64,000 nucleotides of DNA from Glaucostegus cemiculus (taxonomy: Eukaryota), in assembly GCA_976551045.1 (NCBI GenBank), contig CDPCPM010000022.1, forward strand, positions 4,836,001 through 4,900,000, in the 5' to 3' direction. The position numbers and the translations under genes were made by a program. Positions 35,613-48,329 of the stretch are shown here, one piece after another. Position 1 is the first letter of the stretch. Each line of letters begins with the position of its first letter. Below the pieces are notes generated by a model. It made no database searches. It saw only the letters and a program-made list of their open reading frames with translations, and was not told the origin of the DNA.

Positions 35613-38600
35613 TTGAGTAAATGTTCATCACTCCATTTTTCTGGAGAAACTACCCGGCCTTTAATGGGAGACATTGCTGTAGTTTGTTTTCTCTTTTCTT
35701 TAAATTGTCTGCTGAGTAAATTGACTTTGCTTGCTGTGACAATCAACAGTTTGATGTGAGTCAAACCTCTATTTCATTGGCTACATGGTACCGCCATAAA
35801 CATTCTGATTTACCCATTGGACCCCACACTGACTCTGAGGCACACCATGTCACCCAATTTATTGCTGTGCAAAGAGCATCTGAAGAAGAACCCCACAACC
35901 ACGTTCTCAGGTAGCTCTCTCATTTCTAAAGGCAAGCTCAAGGGTACAATTTCTACTGCCTTCCAAGATGTCAGTTCTGCACTTTGCCTACCATATGCTG
36001 CTGAGTATAACAATTCAAACAAAAGAGTTCAAATGTATCCACCCAACAGAATTTAAGCAGGTAATTTGAAAAAGTGGAAGCATCTAGGGAATTAACTAAG
36101 CACAGGTAATTGGGCACAGGTGGTGGGAGGGAGACTAAATGCTGCTTGATGAACCATCAAATGTCCACCTTCAGTGATAGAGCCCAGATGGCCTTGGTAG
36201 AAGAGAAAAATACAGTCAGAATAATAGCATTTACTGCATCCATTGGAAAATGTAGAAGGCCCTATGGAGAGATGCTGACATCTGTAGGGAGAGACTTGCC
36301 ATTCATACCTATGCTGAAGATAGGAATGGATTGTCCTACAGGAGCCGTGTGAATCTAGTGATAGGTTGGACTCTCAAATCTGAAGACATGTTCCTGCGTC
36401 CACACCAGTCTTGCTTCAGAAGCTCGTATTCATTAATCCATTGAGTTGCAAATGCAAGTGCCAGTGCACTGTTCTAACGTAGCTCTGGCACTTTCAGAAC
36501 ACATGGTGAATTGGATTCCAAACCTGTCCTGCAGGCAGGTACAGAGAGAAGTGGGGCAGCGAATAAGAGAGGTGATCATGAGCAAGCAATTGTTCTCAGT
36601 ATTGGTGTAGATGCAGAAGCAGCAGCTCTCCACCCCCAGTACAGAGAACCCAGAATAACTGAATTGAGTATTTTGTCCACTTCTGCACCAAGACTAGAGT
36701 CCAGTGCCTGTTTTAGGCAAAAATCTCATGGCACTGATGTAATCATGGAGGAAAGTTTTCATTTGCTAGTTGTTAATTGTTTATTTTTGAAAATATTACA
36801 AATACAACACATCTTCCTTTTAAACAAAAATAGCAATGCTCACAAGATAGCAAAATGCAACATTCTGATCAAAGATCTAATGTTTTAACAGACAAACCTA
36901 CAGTAACATTGACTCAGTTGAAACCAGGCGGAGGGATAGACTTTTAAACCAAGCACCTAAAACTCCAGGGACTATATAAGAGGACCAAAAGCTGAACTTT
37001 TATCGCATAATATCTACCCCAAAAAAATCAAGAATTGTTTGAAGTCAGAATTATGCTAAGACAGACATTTATACCTAATTTAGGTTGTTCTTATCTATTG
37101 AATTCATAATTATGTTGCTGATCTGTTTTAATCCAATCAAGGCACAAATCATTGGCTATTATTTTGTTTAATTGCCAGTTGTTTAAAGCAGAGTTTTCCA
37201 ACCTTTTTAAATGAAAACTCCACATTTTTCACATTCTTTAAAATGTACATCTTGTATAAAGACTTTGAGGTCATGGAGTGCTTCTTTAAGTTGGGACTGT
37301 ACTGGAAACTACTCGGATGCCATATAACTTTGGATTTATAGTTACATTCTTATTAACTTTTTAACTAAAATACCTTTGTATTATTGTTAAATCTTAACAG
37401 ACTCCTTGTAACCTTTGGATACAGCCATCCTGCAAACCAAAAACCAAGCTAGTTGCATAGCCTAGACAGTAAACCACAGTATTAAGGGAAATAAAAATCA
37501 TGATTTGCTTTTCTCTCCAAATTTCCATCAAAACTTAATTACCATATGTCAGTGCATAGACTGGATGGTCTGGAGGTGTTCCATCTCTCTGCACATGCAT
37601 TCTCCACACACATTTCATTAAGAACTGTCAATATTGTGTAACGTTTTATAAGGGAAGCCAAGATCAAATTCACTCCTTAAAATTAAGCTGGGCTGAAGAT
37701 GTAAGTGGAAAAAAGTCACAACAGAGTAAATCAGAAATTGCTCTTTATATGGCACACTAATAATGTTGGGAACTGTGAGCTTGCTGTGCTTTACCCAACA
37801 ATTTCTGGCTCTTTGTGCTGTCCTAATTATTGAACTGCACAACTGAATGGGAAGAATATGATAAATAAGAATGTACAGAACAAAGCAATGGGTCTGGAAT
37901 TGCTAACTGCCTATTCACTTTATTTAAGATACTGAAATTACTTAGAATTAAAATTCATTGCATTTGATCATGCATGTACTTTTACAAAAAAGACTTTTTT
38001 TTAAAGAAAGAAAACAAACCTTCCCACAGCAATACCCACAAATCTTTAATCTTTCTAAGGTTGCTGAAATACTTGATATCCAAATATCAAGGAAATGTCA
38101 AGAAACAAGAGAAGCACACTGATCAGTTCCACATGAAAGCAGGTTTTCTGGAGCACTCAACAATGACTTCTGGCTGGCAGCCAAAGGGCAGACTAATCTC
38201 TCATTTTTACTCAAGGGTTCACACAGCCATGACAAATGGATGCTCCTAAATAACAGCATGGGCTACAAGCTCTCACTTCAGATTGTCGTCATAGATCACC
38301 ACTGGGGTCGGCAGACCAGATAATAATGGCTTGTTGTTAACCATTAGCAAGTTCATCCTGTCTAAATAAAATGAAACTGTAAGCAAGCAGCATTTTCACA
38401 AAATTTATGGGCCTGTTGTTTATGATGCCACATAAGCACAACCTAAGTGGAGCTCAGCTTCTGTAAATATGAGCTGAAAAATGAACAGGGTGTAATACAT
38501 TTTGTAAGATAATTTAATTGTTTATCAGTCCAAAATAAATTAATGCAATGTTTTCTTTGCTTTGTTAATTAATTATTGAAATAATGTTTTAATTCTGCTG

Positions 38601-39976
38601 GCATACAGAAGGACAATGTATGCAGCACTGCACTTGCAAAATACAGCAACTGCTTACTTCCATTAAGTTGAGAAATACAAGGTTTTTTTGTTTAATGAAC
38701 TTTCAATTAAAATGTTAACAAGTTTCTAGAAGCCAAAATAAACTGCATCACTCTCCTTATTGTCTGCAGCATCTTCCAGGAAGACAGTTGACATTATTAG
38801 GTGGAAATTTTGTATTCTAAACCCATCCTGTTTCCTTTTATTAAATCCTCGGTTCTCCTGCAACTCACCTCCAACAGAATAAGATTCCATCACTTATGAT
38901 TGGTGTCAAGTGAATGGGTTTAACATCAAAATCCCATTAGCCAAGCGTGCTCATTTGTTAGATATCTTCAGCAGCAGGACAGAAGATCACAATATTGAAT
39001 GGAATTCTTACTAAAATCCTTCATTTGTTTGACTTTTTTCTTTAAAAAAAAATCACCATTGTTTGCGGTCAGTTCAGTAATTGCATATAAATAATCTCAG
39101 GTAAAATTAGTTTTGAGCCAGATTGTACTTGATAAAGCCCATGCCTTGCACTCACCTGTTGCAAGATGCCTGCAATCATACTTGTCTTTGGCGGTCACGT
39201 GACTCCCAAAGTCCCACTAACTTTGTTGTGGTCATTCCATGAGGTAGAGCTGGCTGCATGTGGCAACCAAGCATCGGGTAATAGAAACTTGGGCTTTGCC
39301 CTTGACCACCCTGCTGACCTTCTAAAGGCTTGTGCCTCTTCCACTGCTTCTACATCTTTGAGCAGAAAGATTAAAAAAACAACTAATTAAAAATACATTA
39401 AAAAATAAATTAATTTAAATTCACATTCAATTTAAATTTAATTGAGCATATCAATATTAATAAAAGTAAAAACAAAATAAATATCTGCATTCATTAATTT
39501 TTTTAATGATGGTTGGTGACCCTATTCAAATGAATGGGGCTGCCACTGCTGTGCCAGATATTGGCAGCATAAAGTCTGAAGTGCATCTGGGCCTTCAGAT
39601 CACTGCTCTAAGGAACACCCACTGGAATTAGTACTGATCATGTGACTATTCTTTCCTATGCTGTAGCACACCTGCACTGATGTTCTATGGATCTGTCGAC
39701 ATGATCAGCCCATGGTATCTATAAATAATAATAATTTCTATTCATCATCAAATAAAATGAGGGCTTAACACCAGAACTAATGTTTAAGTATGAAAAGTAT
39801 TTGTACAAGCATATCAATGACAATAGTTTTAATTGTGTAATACTTTCAAGTTGCTGATAATAAGAAGCTAGGTGGCAGTGTGGTCTGTGAGGATAATGCA
39901 GAGGTATTTGAGAGGTGGTGGTTATATAGACAGTAAGGGAATGGCAGATAATACATGTCAAAGGGATCACTATTAA

Positions 39977-40876
39977 ATATTAAAGGAATCAAGGGCAAAG
40001 ACGTTAATGCAGGAAAGTGGCATAAAGATAAAAGATCAGCTATGATCTTATTGAATGTCAGAAAAGGTATGAAGCAATGAATGGCTTTTGACTTCTTAAG
40101 TTTCTATGTTCAAATGTTTGTGCCAGAAATTATGGTAACAATGTCATATATGGGGAAATGTGATGTGCAAAAAGTAGAAACACGGTGTTATTTAAATAGA
40201 GATTTGAAAAGGGTTGGTATTCAAGGGGACATGGGGGTTTTTATTCATTAAACACAGAAATTTAACATCTGGGTACTGCAAGAAAGTTGGAAGAGAAATG
40301 GTATATTGGTTTTTAATACAAGAAGATATGAGTGCAAGAGTAGAGATGTCTTGCTCCATTTGCATTTGTGGGTCTGCATCTGGAATATTACATGCAGCTC
40401 TGATCTCCCTAACTAAAGGATATGCTCACAGTGGAGGGAGTGTAACAAAGGCTAACCAAATTGAATCATAGGATGTGGGTTTTGCATACAGGAGAGACTA
40501 AGCAGACTAGGTCCATACTTCCTTATGTTTAGAAGAATGTGAATTGATTTCAATTAAATATATAAAATTTTTAAGGTGCTTTACAGGTTAATTGCAGAGT
40601 TGAATTTTCCCTGGGCTCAGGTGTCACAGCCTCGGAATAAGGTTTTGGATATTCAGAGCAGAGATGGGAAGAAGTTTCTTCTTCCAAAGTGTGGCGAATT
40701 CTCTGTACAAAAGGACAGTGGAAGGTTGGTTGCTGAACTTTTTCAAGAGAGATCAGTAGATTTTTAGATATTAAAGGAATCAAGGGAAAAGACATTAATG
40801 CAGGAAAGTGGCATAAAGCTAAAAGATCAGCCATGGTCTTATTGAATGTCAGAAAAGGCATGAGGGGCCAATGGCC
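39977..40876 (+). mobile_element. Old CR1 3' region with a duplicated terminal segment
   Basis: Degraded CR1 RT C-terminus at ~40150-40876. 39977-40085 duplicates 40768-40875. Confidence 0.75.
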
Positions 40877-41754
40877 TTAATTTCTGACACAAACATTTGA
40901 ACATAGAAAATGATGGTAATGATGTCAATTGTGTATTACCACAAATTTTTTGCATTAATGCATTGACTTCTGACATAATTCATCTTATCTGCAGCTGAAT
41001 CATTCAGTTTTCACAAAAAGCGCTTTTTTTAAAAAAGAAAAGAAATTAGTAACAACATAATTTGAAATTAGTAGTAATCATAATATGGCATGGACATATA
41101 ACCTACTTGGTCATTAATCATATTCTACCTAATTTAGATTTCTATGTATGTGGTCTGTCCAAATGTATGTGTCAAATTAAATCTCCACTATTGGACTTTT
41201 TTTTCAGACATGTAGTTTCCAAGGTTATTTCAAGTTAGCACTCTGCCAAAATCAACAGTAGTAGTAACTTATATCACCTGCTACCCCTCATCTTGGTGCT
41301 CATGACAGAGCATTTTACAAAGGGCAGAGGTGGAAAATGATCAGGAAATGAAAGAGAAACTATAGTCACATGTGTAAGGAGAGCGGTTTCTATTAAGGCT
41401 TTAATTACAGAGCAAAATACAAGGTGACATATAGGGGAAAAATCAATAATACCTTTCTAGCCTTGAGATGTAGAATCTAGGATTGGAATTGGTTCTTCCA
41501 TAATCTGCTCAGTTTAAAAATCAGTATAATATTAAGGTGGTTTCGTTCAATGCATTTCAAACTTTATTTAAAGTGTGTGGGTTTCTCTTTTAATTGGTAG
41601 AGCAAGTTGCTAATTTTGTGATTCTTGGGGATCACACTGGTGCCTCCTAACATCATCCCAACAACTCTCTTGCAAGTTCAGGGGCCAAGCAACTGTCTTC
41701 ATGCAACACTTTATACTGGCTTTTCCCTAAACCAGTTAGTTGTTGACTACTTAC

Positions 41755-41803
41755 CGCTGTGATTGCCTGGTGTAGCTGAAGAGTCAGGTTCAATTGCTTC
41801 AGG
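41755..41803 (-). other. Candidate 49-nt internal exon, gene unknown
   Basis: Minus-strand acceptor 'tctttaattttttttag' and consensus donor 'CG|GTAAGT'. Two frames are open. Splice signals are the only evidence. Confidence 0.3.
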
Positions 41804-42227
41804 CTAAAAAAAATTAAAGACATCAAATGATTGTTTGTAACATTGCACTTGACCAAATGGAGTAGGGGGCCAGAATATAACCCACATCTTTTTATCTTAG
41901 ATCTGAACAAACTCTCTCTCAGTCCATACTTGCCCCAAGTAGGTCTGAAGAGAAACTTGAGATAATGGGACCGTTTCTGCCACAACAATCACTGAACGTG
42001 ATTGTAATAAATACATTCAAATTATTAAGGACATTGATAGAATGAAAAGGAAAAGACCTGGGGATTTGTAATAAGCTAGCATTTGGAGGAGAGTGTGATC
42101 ATCAACTTAAAACTTGCATTTAGAGCAAATAGAGAAATTTCTTTACAGATACTAGGTCATGAAATGACTTGTCATGGGAAGCTGAGGCAGTGAATTTTGT
42201 ATTGCTAAAAGAGAGAAAGCTACAATA

Positions 42228-42330
42228 TTATGGAAGGAGCAACAAACACACAATGTTGGAGGAACTCGGCAGGTCAGGCACTTTGTGTGTGTGTGTGTGT
42301 TGTTCCGGATTCTATTGTTATGGAAGGAGC
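42228..42330. mobile_element. Short Penelope-terminus insertion between 13-bp direct repeats, inside a CR1 tail remnant
   Basis: ttatggaaggagc at 42228-42240 and 42318-42330 flanks 'tgttggaggaactcggcaggtcaggca'. Confidence 0.65.
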
Positions 42331-43424
42331 TGTTGTACTGCTTTAGCAATGGGCTAGCACAGGCATGATGAACTGAATAACTTCTTTCTGTAGTGTAAAC
42401 TGTTTTGTGGTTGTCTATTCAAGATGAAGATTGACAAATTTAGATAAGCTGTGGATGAATCTCTCTCACTCTCTTAATATATCTCCATTTCTTGTATCTC
42501 AATTAATTTCTAGGATTTCATGTATCAGTAGTTCTCTTTGCTTATCTAATTAGCTTTTCTTCCTCTTCCTGGATCTGAATTTATTTTTCTACCCCTACTT
42601 TGTCTAAATTTATTTCTCCCCAAATAAGTAAATTTCACAAAGCAGCAGATTCATAAGTTGGTCAATATTTCTTAAATGTCATTGGATCTCTCTGGCCATT
42701 ACTCACCATTATTAATTAGATTCTCTGCATTCTCCTACTGTTTGGCTGGACAAACAGTTTGGCTTCCCTCTTCTCATTCAAACTTATTTCCTTATCCATT
42801 ATGCTCTTGCCTCTAGTAATTCTGCTGTCTGGCTGCCATGCACTGCATAGGGACCTCTCCTATTCCTTGGAGTAATGTACGAGAGGCTGAAATAAATACC
42901 AGTTTTCACTCCTGTTTAGGGTTCAGGCTGCTACACCAATCTGGATTTCATTCTTTTAGCCTTTTGAAGTTAAATTGACAGCTTATTGGCAATTTGTTTT
43001 GAATTGTTGTCAATTTTTTTCATTGGCTATCGGCCTTGGATTGAGATTGCCCGAAGTAATTTTTCAAACTCTCCTTACAGCTAGAATAGAGAAATTTCTG
43101 ATGTGTCAGTGCAGATTAGCTTCGATCTTAGGCCAAATGTGTTATAAATGTGCTAAAACACCACCCAGCCATTGTAATTGAGCAAGTTTAATTATTATAC
43201 AATAAGTTTTTCTTGCTCTGTTTGATAATTAGAATGAAGTAAGCACTAAACATGTGTTTTCCAACCTTATAGAAAAGTTGTAATGTTCCTCCTGAGGAGG
43301 CGGACATTGTTTATTTTCCTGAAAGCACCTACAAAAAACTGTAATCAGTTTGAAAAACATGAAAATGGATGCTGAGAAGATGCATGGTTCAAAAATTAAT
43401 TGCTGAAATTATGTCAGCATTCAT

Positions 43425-44200
43425 CATGTTGAGCTGGTCATTGACTTCAGGAAGTGGGGTGGAGTACATGCTCCTGTCTCTATCAATGGTGTTGAGGTAG
43501 AGCTGGTTGAATGGTTCAAGTTCCTTGGTGTAACTATCACCAATAACTTGTCCTGGTCCAACCACATGTACACTATAGCGAAGGATACACACCAGTCCTT
43601 CTCCTTCCTCAAAAGGCTAATGAAATTTGGCATGTCTCCAATGACCTTCACCAATTTTTATAGAAGCACCATAGAAAACATCCTATCCAGATGTAACACA
43701 GCTTGGGATGATAACTGGTCTGCCCAAGACCACAAGAAATTGCAGAGGGTTGTGAACACAGCCCAGTTTATCATGAAAACCAGCCTCCCCTCCATTGACT
43801 CTGTCTACACTTTCCACTGTCTCATGAAAACAGCCAACGTAATCAAGGACCCTTCCCACCCCCCCCCCCCCCCATTTTTTCTTCTCCCTCCTTCCATCAG
43901 GCAGACGATACAAAAGCTTGAGCTCACATGCCACCAGACTCAAGAACAACTTCTATCCCGCTGTTATAAGACTCTTAAATGGACCTCTTGTACGATGAAG
44001 AACTCCTGATCTCTCTATCTGTCTCATAATGGCCCTTGCACATTATTTGACTACCTGCACTGCACTTTCTCCGTAACTGTGACACTATTATGCATTCCAT
44101 TATTGTTTTTCCTTTTGTACTACCTCAATGTATTTATGGTTGGACTGAACGCTTTTCATTGCATCTTGGTACATGTGACAATAATAAACCAATTACCAAT
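43425..44200 (+). mobile_element. Rex1/Babar-type LINE 3' portion
   Basis: VIDFRK, FKFLGV and ORF 43548-44009 (FYRSTIENILS...KKLQRVVNTAQ...IKDPSHP). Tail 'gtgacaataataaaccaattaccaat'. Confidence 0.9.
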
Positions 44201-46079
44201 CTTAGAAAGTGTACAGTTAAAGTTTAATTTTAAGCATGTTTTGAACTTGAAGTACGCTGAGAGGGTCTCAACTGGATGTCAAAGTACTGCTGAAATGATT
44301 ATGAGATACTTAAATGAACATAATAGTTATGTGATCGCATATCTATGTTGTTAGTTGATTCAGGGAGATGACGAATTTGCCGTAAATTGTTAAAAAATGC
44401 AATTTTGAGAACATGAACTTTGGAAGCTCTATTTCCAAGTGTTGTGGAAACAATGTTTTGGCCTCACTCTATGGGTGTGATAATGGAAAAGAGCTGCACA
44501 TGTTGTATAACATTTTGTTAGTCACTGCAATTAAGTTTCAGAGGGATTGAATTTACTTTGAGCTACAGTACATTTGCCTGTGCCAGAATTGTTGGATGTT
44601 ATTGACCCTGGTAATCTGAAACTTTGAAAAGCAAAATGCCCAGATACCCATAGGGGAAAAGTGTAAAAATTTTCCTGTAACAAACTATCCAGGGTTAGGC
44701 AGGATGCAAGGTTAAAAAATCATGCCAGTGAATGTTTTTTTTTAGTTAAGTTCCACAGAAAGTTGTTTTTAAAATGTGGGTTCTATAACCAATGTCAGAT
44801 GTACCTGACAAAATCAGATCAGATGTTATCACATGAAAAATTACAGAATCCTTTAGTAGCTAATAGTTTTAGGATTTTTAACATGGAATTAGTGAGTATC
44901 ATTCAACAGATCATTTTGTGCTTTATAAGGTCAAATATTTGCACTCTGATGTCGTCCCTGATGCTTGTTCAAATCCTTTATAAAGATCTGTTTATTGTAA
45001 TTTAGTTCAGTCTGTTGTGTGTGCATGTGTCTGCATGTAACATTGAAGTCATAATACCTTACTGGGGAAGGCTTTGTATTTCTTGTATTTCTTGCAAATT
45101 TTGTAAAAGTAATGACACACTGATTTCTAACAACTTTATTTCTTCATTGAAAAGCTATTTTAATGGAAAAATCTCATTAATCTCTAATCTACCTTTGTAT
45201 ACTTGTTACTTTTGCTGCCGGCAATGATAATACTACATGAAATTAAATAAAATCAATGTAGTAAGCATGCCAAATATATTTAGTTTATGACTGCTGGGTG
45301 GCACTGTGGGTCTACACAATGGTACTTTGACATTTTAGCCCAATAACCACATTGGTCAGTACATAAACTGTGCTATAATTGAATTATCCCAGAGTAGATT
45401 GCCCTAGTAAACTTTTATTGGTGAAATAGTGACCATTTAAAAGTTGGATTAGCATTTTGTGCACTATTCATGTTTGTGCAATTTTTTCCAATATCAGGTG
45501 TGAACCTAACAGAATGCCTATTTTCTCCTTTGTAGACATAAATTGGAGATTAACCTGCATCCTTTGACCGAACAGCCTTGGTGCACATAGGAGCATATTG
45601 AATTGCTTGTGTGTACTTAATACTATTTGAAAGAGCACCCTGTTGACATTGAGGGACATATGAAGGTAGCTTTAGAACTCACTGCAGACTGCTTAAGCAT
45701 CTTCCATAGCCCATATTGTATGCTAAAATTAACAGGGAGTGCTCTCTCCAGCACTTATCTGCTTGACAGTGCCTCAGTGGTGACACACTGACAGTATCCC
45801 ATTTCTAACCTTTTCTAGGTGAGATCTCCCAGGCTCTGCAATGATGCCCATAGCTGCCACACAAGTGTTAGTTATCTCTGCACAATGAGGGAGATGAAAT
45901 GCCCTAAAAAAGAATGCATTTGATTACAGGGCATTCAGAACCATTTACAATAATAAATATCAAATACTATAAAAACTGAAAATCACAATACTTGAATCTG
46001 TACTTCAAAATGCCCCATTTTCTTTCCTATTTACAACCTTATAAATGGTTTCCTCCCTCTATGTCACAATATGCCCTCT

Positions 46080-46465
46080 GTAGTTGCCTTTTCTTTTCTT
46101 CCCTTTCCTAGCCGATTTCTCCTTTTCTCTACCCCCTTTTCTTTTCTCTCCTTACCTTTGAACCATCCCCCAGTGGATCTGCTCTCCACTCCTCCCCGAA
46201 CCTGCCTATCACTTTTTCTTACCTGCATCTACCTATCACCACCCTGTGCCCACCCTGACTCCCCTCTTTTGTCCACTTATCACTGCTCTGCTTTTCCCTC
46301 CAATATATTGAGCTTCCCCTTTTCCTATATTCAGTCCTGAAGAATGCTGACCTGAAACATTGACCACCATTGACCACCTCTATGGATGCTGCCTGGCCTG
46401 CCGAGTTCCTCCAGCATCATGGAGATTTTCATCTAGATTTCAGCATCTGCAGTCCTTGTTTCTCT
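46080..46465 (+). mobile_element. Penelope-like pLTR with a decayed hammerhead ribozyme motif
   Basis: Pyrimidine-rich tract, then 'cagtc-ctgaaga-...-gaaac-att-gacc' (46332-46365), then 'gatgctgcctggcctgccgagttcctccagc...cagcatctgcagtc'. Confidence 0.8.
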
Positions 46466-46909
46466 GTAGCTGTAGTCTGGCTGCTGAAAGGCTGTTTCCA
46501 ACACCTTTGAATCTCCACAGAGGTCTTTGACGACCAACGAGAAGCTCTTGCCTTGGATAGACTGATTTCAAATTGCTGCCCAGGTTCAACTGAAGGAAGG
46601 ATAACTGCCTGTTGGGCATGGGTGGATGTGCTGCATGACTGGTTGTGGTGGGAGATGATTTGTGTACTGAACAGCCTAGTAGGTGATATTCCAGGAGAGA
46701 GGATTGACAATGGTCCAATGATCTGTTGGTACTCAGACTGTTCAACAATTGTTTAAATCTCCAGGCCAAGAACTGACCTGACCTGACTGAAAGAACCTAA
46801 ATCAGAAGTGACTGAAATCCTTGGTGCCAGGCTCTCTTATGTTCAGACACAGTGCATAGTCAGCACACAATGCACAATGATTTCAGCAGCTCCAGCATTC
46901 ATAAGAACC

Positions 46910-47650
46910 TTCCCTTGGTACCAAGGATTTCAGGAACCTCACTGAGGCTCTTGTTGGGACAACTGAAGGGAGGAGAGCTGCCCTATATTCATAGTAATGC
47001 AAGAAATCTTCCAGACATGTTGAGACGAGTACTGAAGTGAGTCCAAGGAGTGAAGAGCCCATTCACCACCAGAATATATATCCTAAGTATATTTTAGAAG
47101 ATAACACAGTGATATGACATACAGGTGGTGAGACATCAAGCAAGTGTAGATGTAGTCAGGGAATTAAAGTAATTGATGGCACAATTTGGTGGGCCAAAGG
47201 GCCTGTTTTGTGCTGTATTGTTCTATGGTTCTATGGTAACAAAGGTGTCAGCTCGGGAGAGGATGATGTTGCAGAAGACTTGGAGAAAAATTTCACCAAA
47301 ATACTGGGTGCTTTGGAAAATCTGACAGAATACCTGTATTTAATGTCAAGTGGCCTGGAGGCTTGGCACCACTCTGCCGCAGTGCTTTGTAAAGAAATTG
47401 GAGTCCATTTCTCTGTATGGAACAGTTGGTCAACTCCATCAATGTAGCTGTGAAACCAATAACAATGCAGGGTCTGATGCTTGGTATCTTAGCTTCCACT
47501 GCAGCACAAGCAGCAACCACTCAATGTTTGAGTACTCCGACAGAAGAAGCCCAGATTGCCACCTGCATAGCACTGCACCAAAGAATGCCTCAGTCGTCCA
47601 GCAACCTGTCTTCAACCAATGAGTGGGGTTATAGAAGCACTGCCCCATAA
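46910..47650 (+). pseudogene. Harbinger-associated Myb/SANT-like ORF relic
   Basis: PRISGTSL..LL then (shifted frame) EGRRAALY resembles the PRFS...L..LV...RR..L start of Myb/SANT-like domains. An Ala/Gln-rich helical C-terminal part follows (ILGALENLTE; ASTAAQAATTQCL). Confidence 0.45.
47121..47235 (+). mobile_element. CR1 3' tail fragment
   Basis: 'gtgggccaaagggcctgttttgtgctgtattgttctatggttctatg'. Confidence 0.8.
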
Positions 47651-47689
47651 TACGGCCCTATGATGTATAAACCTGCTGTCCTATCTCAC

Positions 47690-47850
47690 CATTAGAATAT
47701 TAGGAGGGAAAAGCAGTGTAGTGATAAGTGGACAAAAGAGGGGAGTTGGGGTGAGCACAGGGTAGTGATAGGTGGATGCAGGTAAGAGATAGTGATAGGA
47801 AGGTTTGTGGGGGGGGGGAGTGGAGAGCAGATCCACCGGGGGATGGGTAA
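47690..47850 (-). mobile_element. Penelope-like pLTR fragment, inverted relative to 46165-46310
   Basis: 'gtgataagtggacaaaagagggg...gataggtggatgcaggtaaga...gagagcagatccac' is the reverse complement of the 46165-46310 segment. Confidence 0.85.
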
Positions 47851-48329
47851 AACTAAGAAGAATAAATAAGAAAAACGTAACGACACTAGTGCAAGACTGA
47901 CTTGCTATTGCTGATGTGAACAAACTTGAATTTTGTCATTCAGAGTAAGCTGGCTCATTCTGAAGCCAAATATGAATGTCTTTCAAGACCACCTGAAGTC
48001 AAATTCACTGAAGGTCATTCACCTTTCACTGTGGCTGTTGTAACCATCAATATAGCCCTTCAGAGGAGCACCTAAACACCTACAGAAAATGGACATTAAG
48101 AGAAGACAGAAGAAGTACTAATTTCACTTTGTATGTTCCGTGATATGATTTAACTTATAAATTTGGTTTCTGTATTTTATGTTGACTTACATTTTTATAT
48201 TGTAGCCTGGGGGCGCAACATGATACTCATTCACAGAAAGAAGCTGATGAATGTGGGACTGCTGGTGAATGCGGAAGTAAGGTCTGACTAAAACCAGCAA
48301 CTCAGTAACTCCACAGCATACCAGTCAGA

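Noticed and set aside
39080-39700. MITE with AT-rich core (similar texture at ~10980-11460 and ~12050-12650)
   Set aside because: I could not identify terminal inverted repeats or a target-site duplication.
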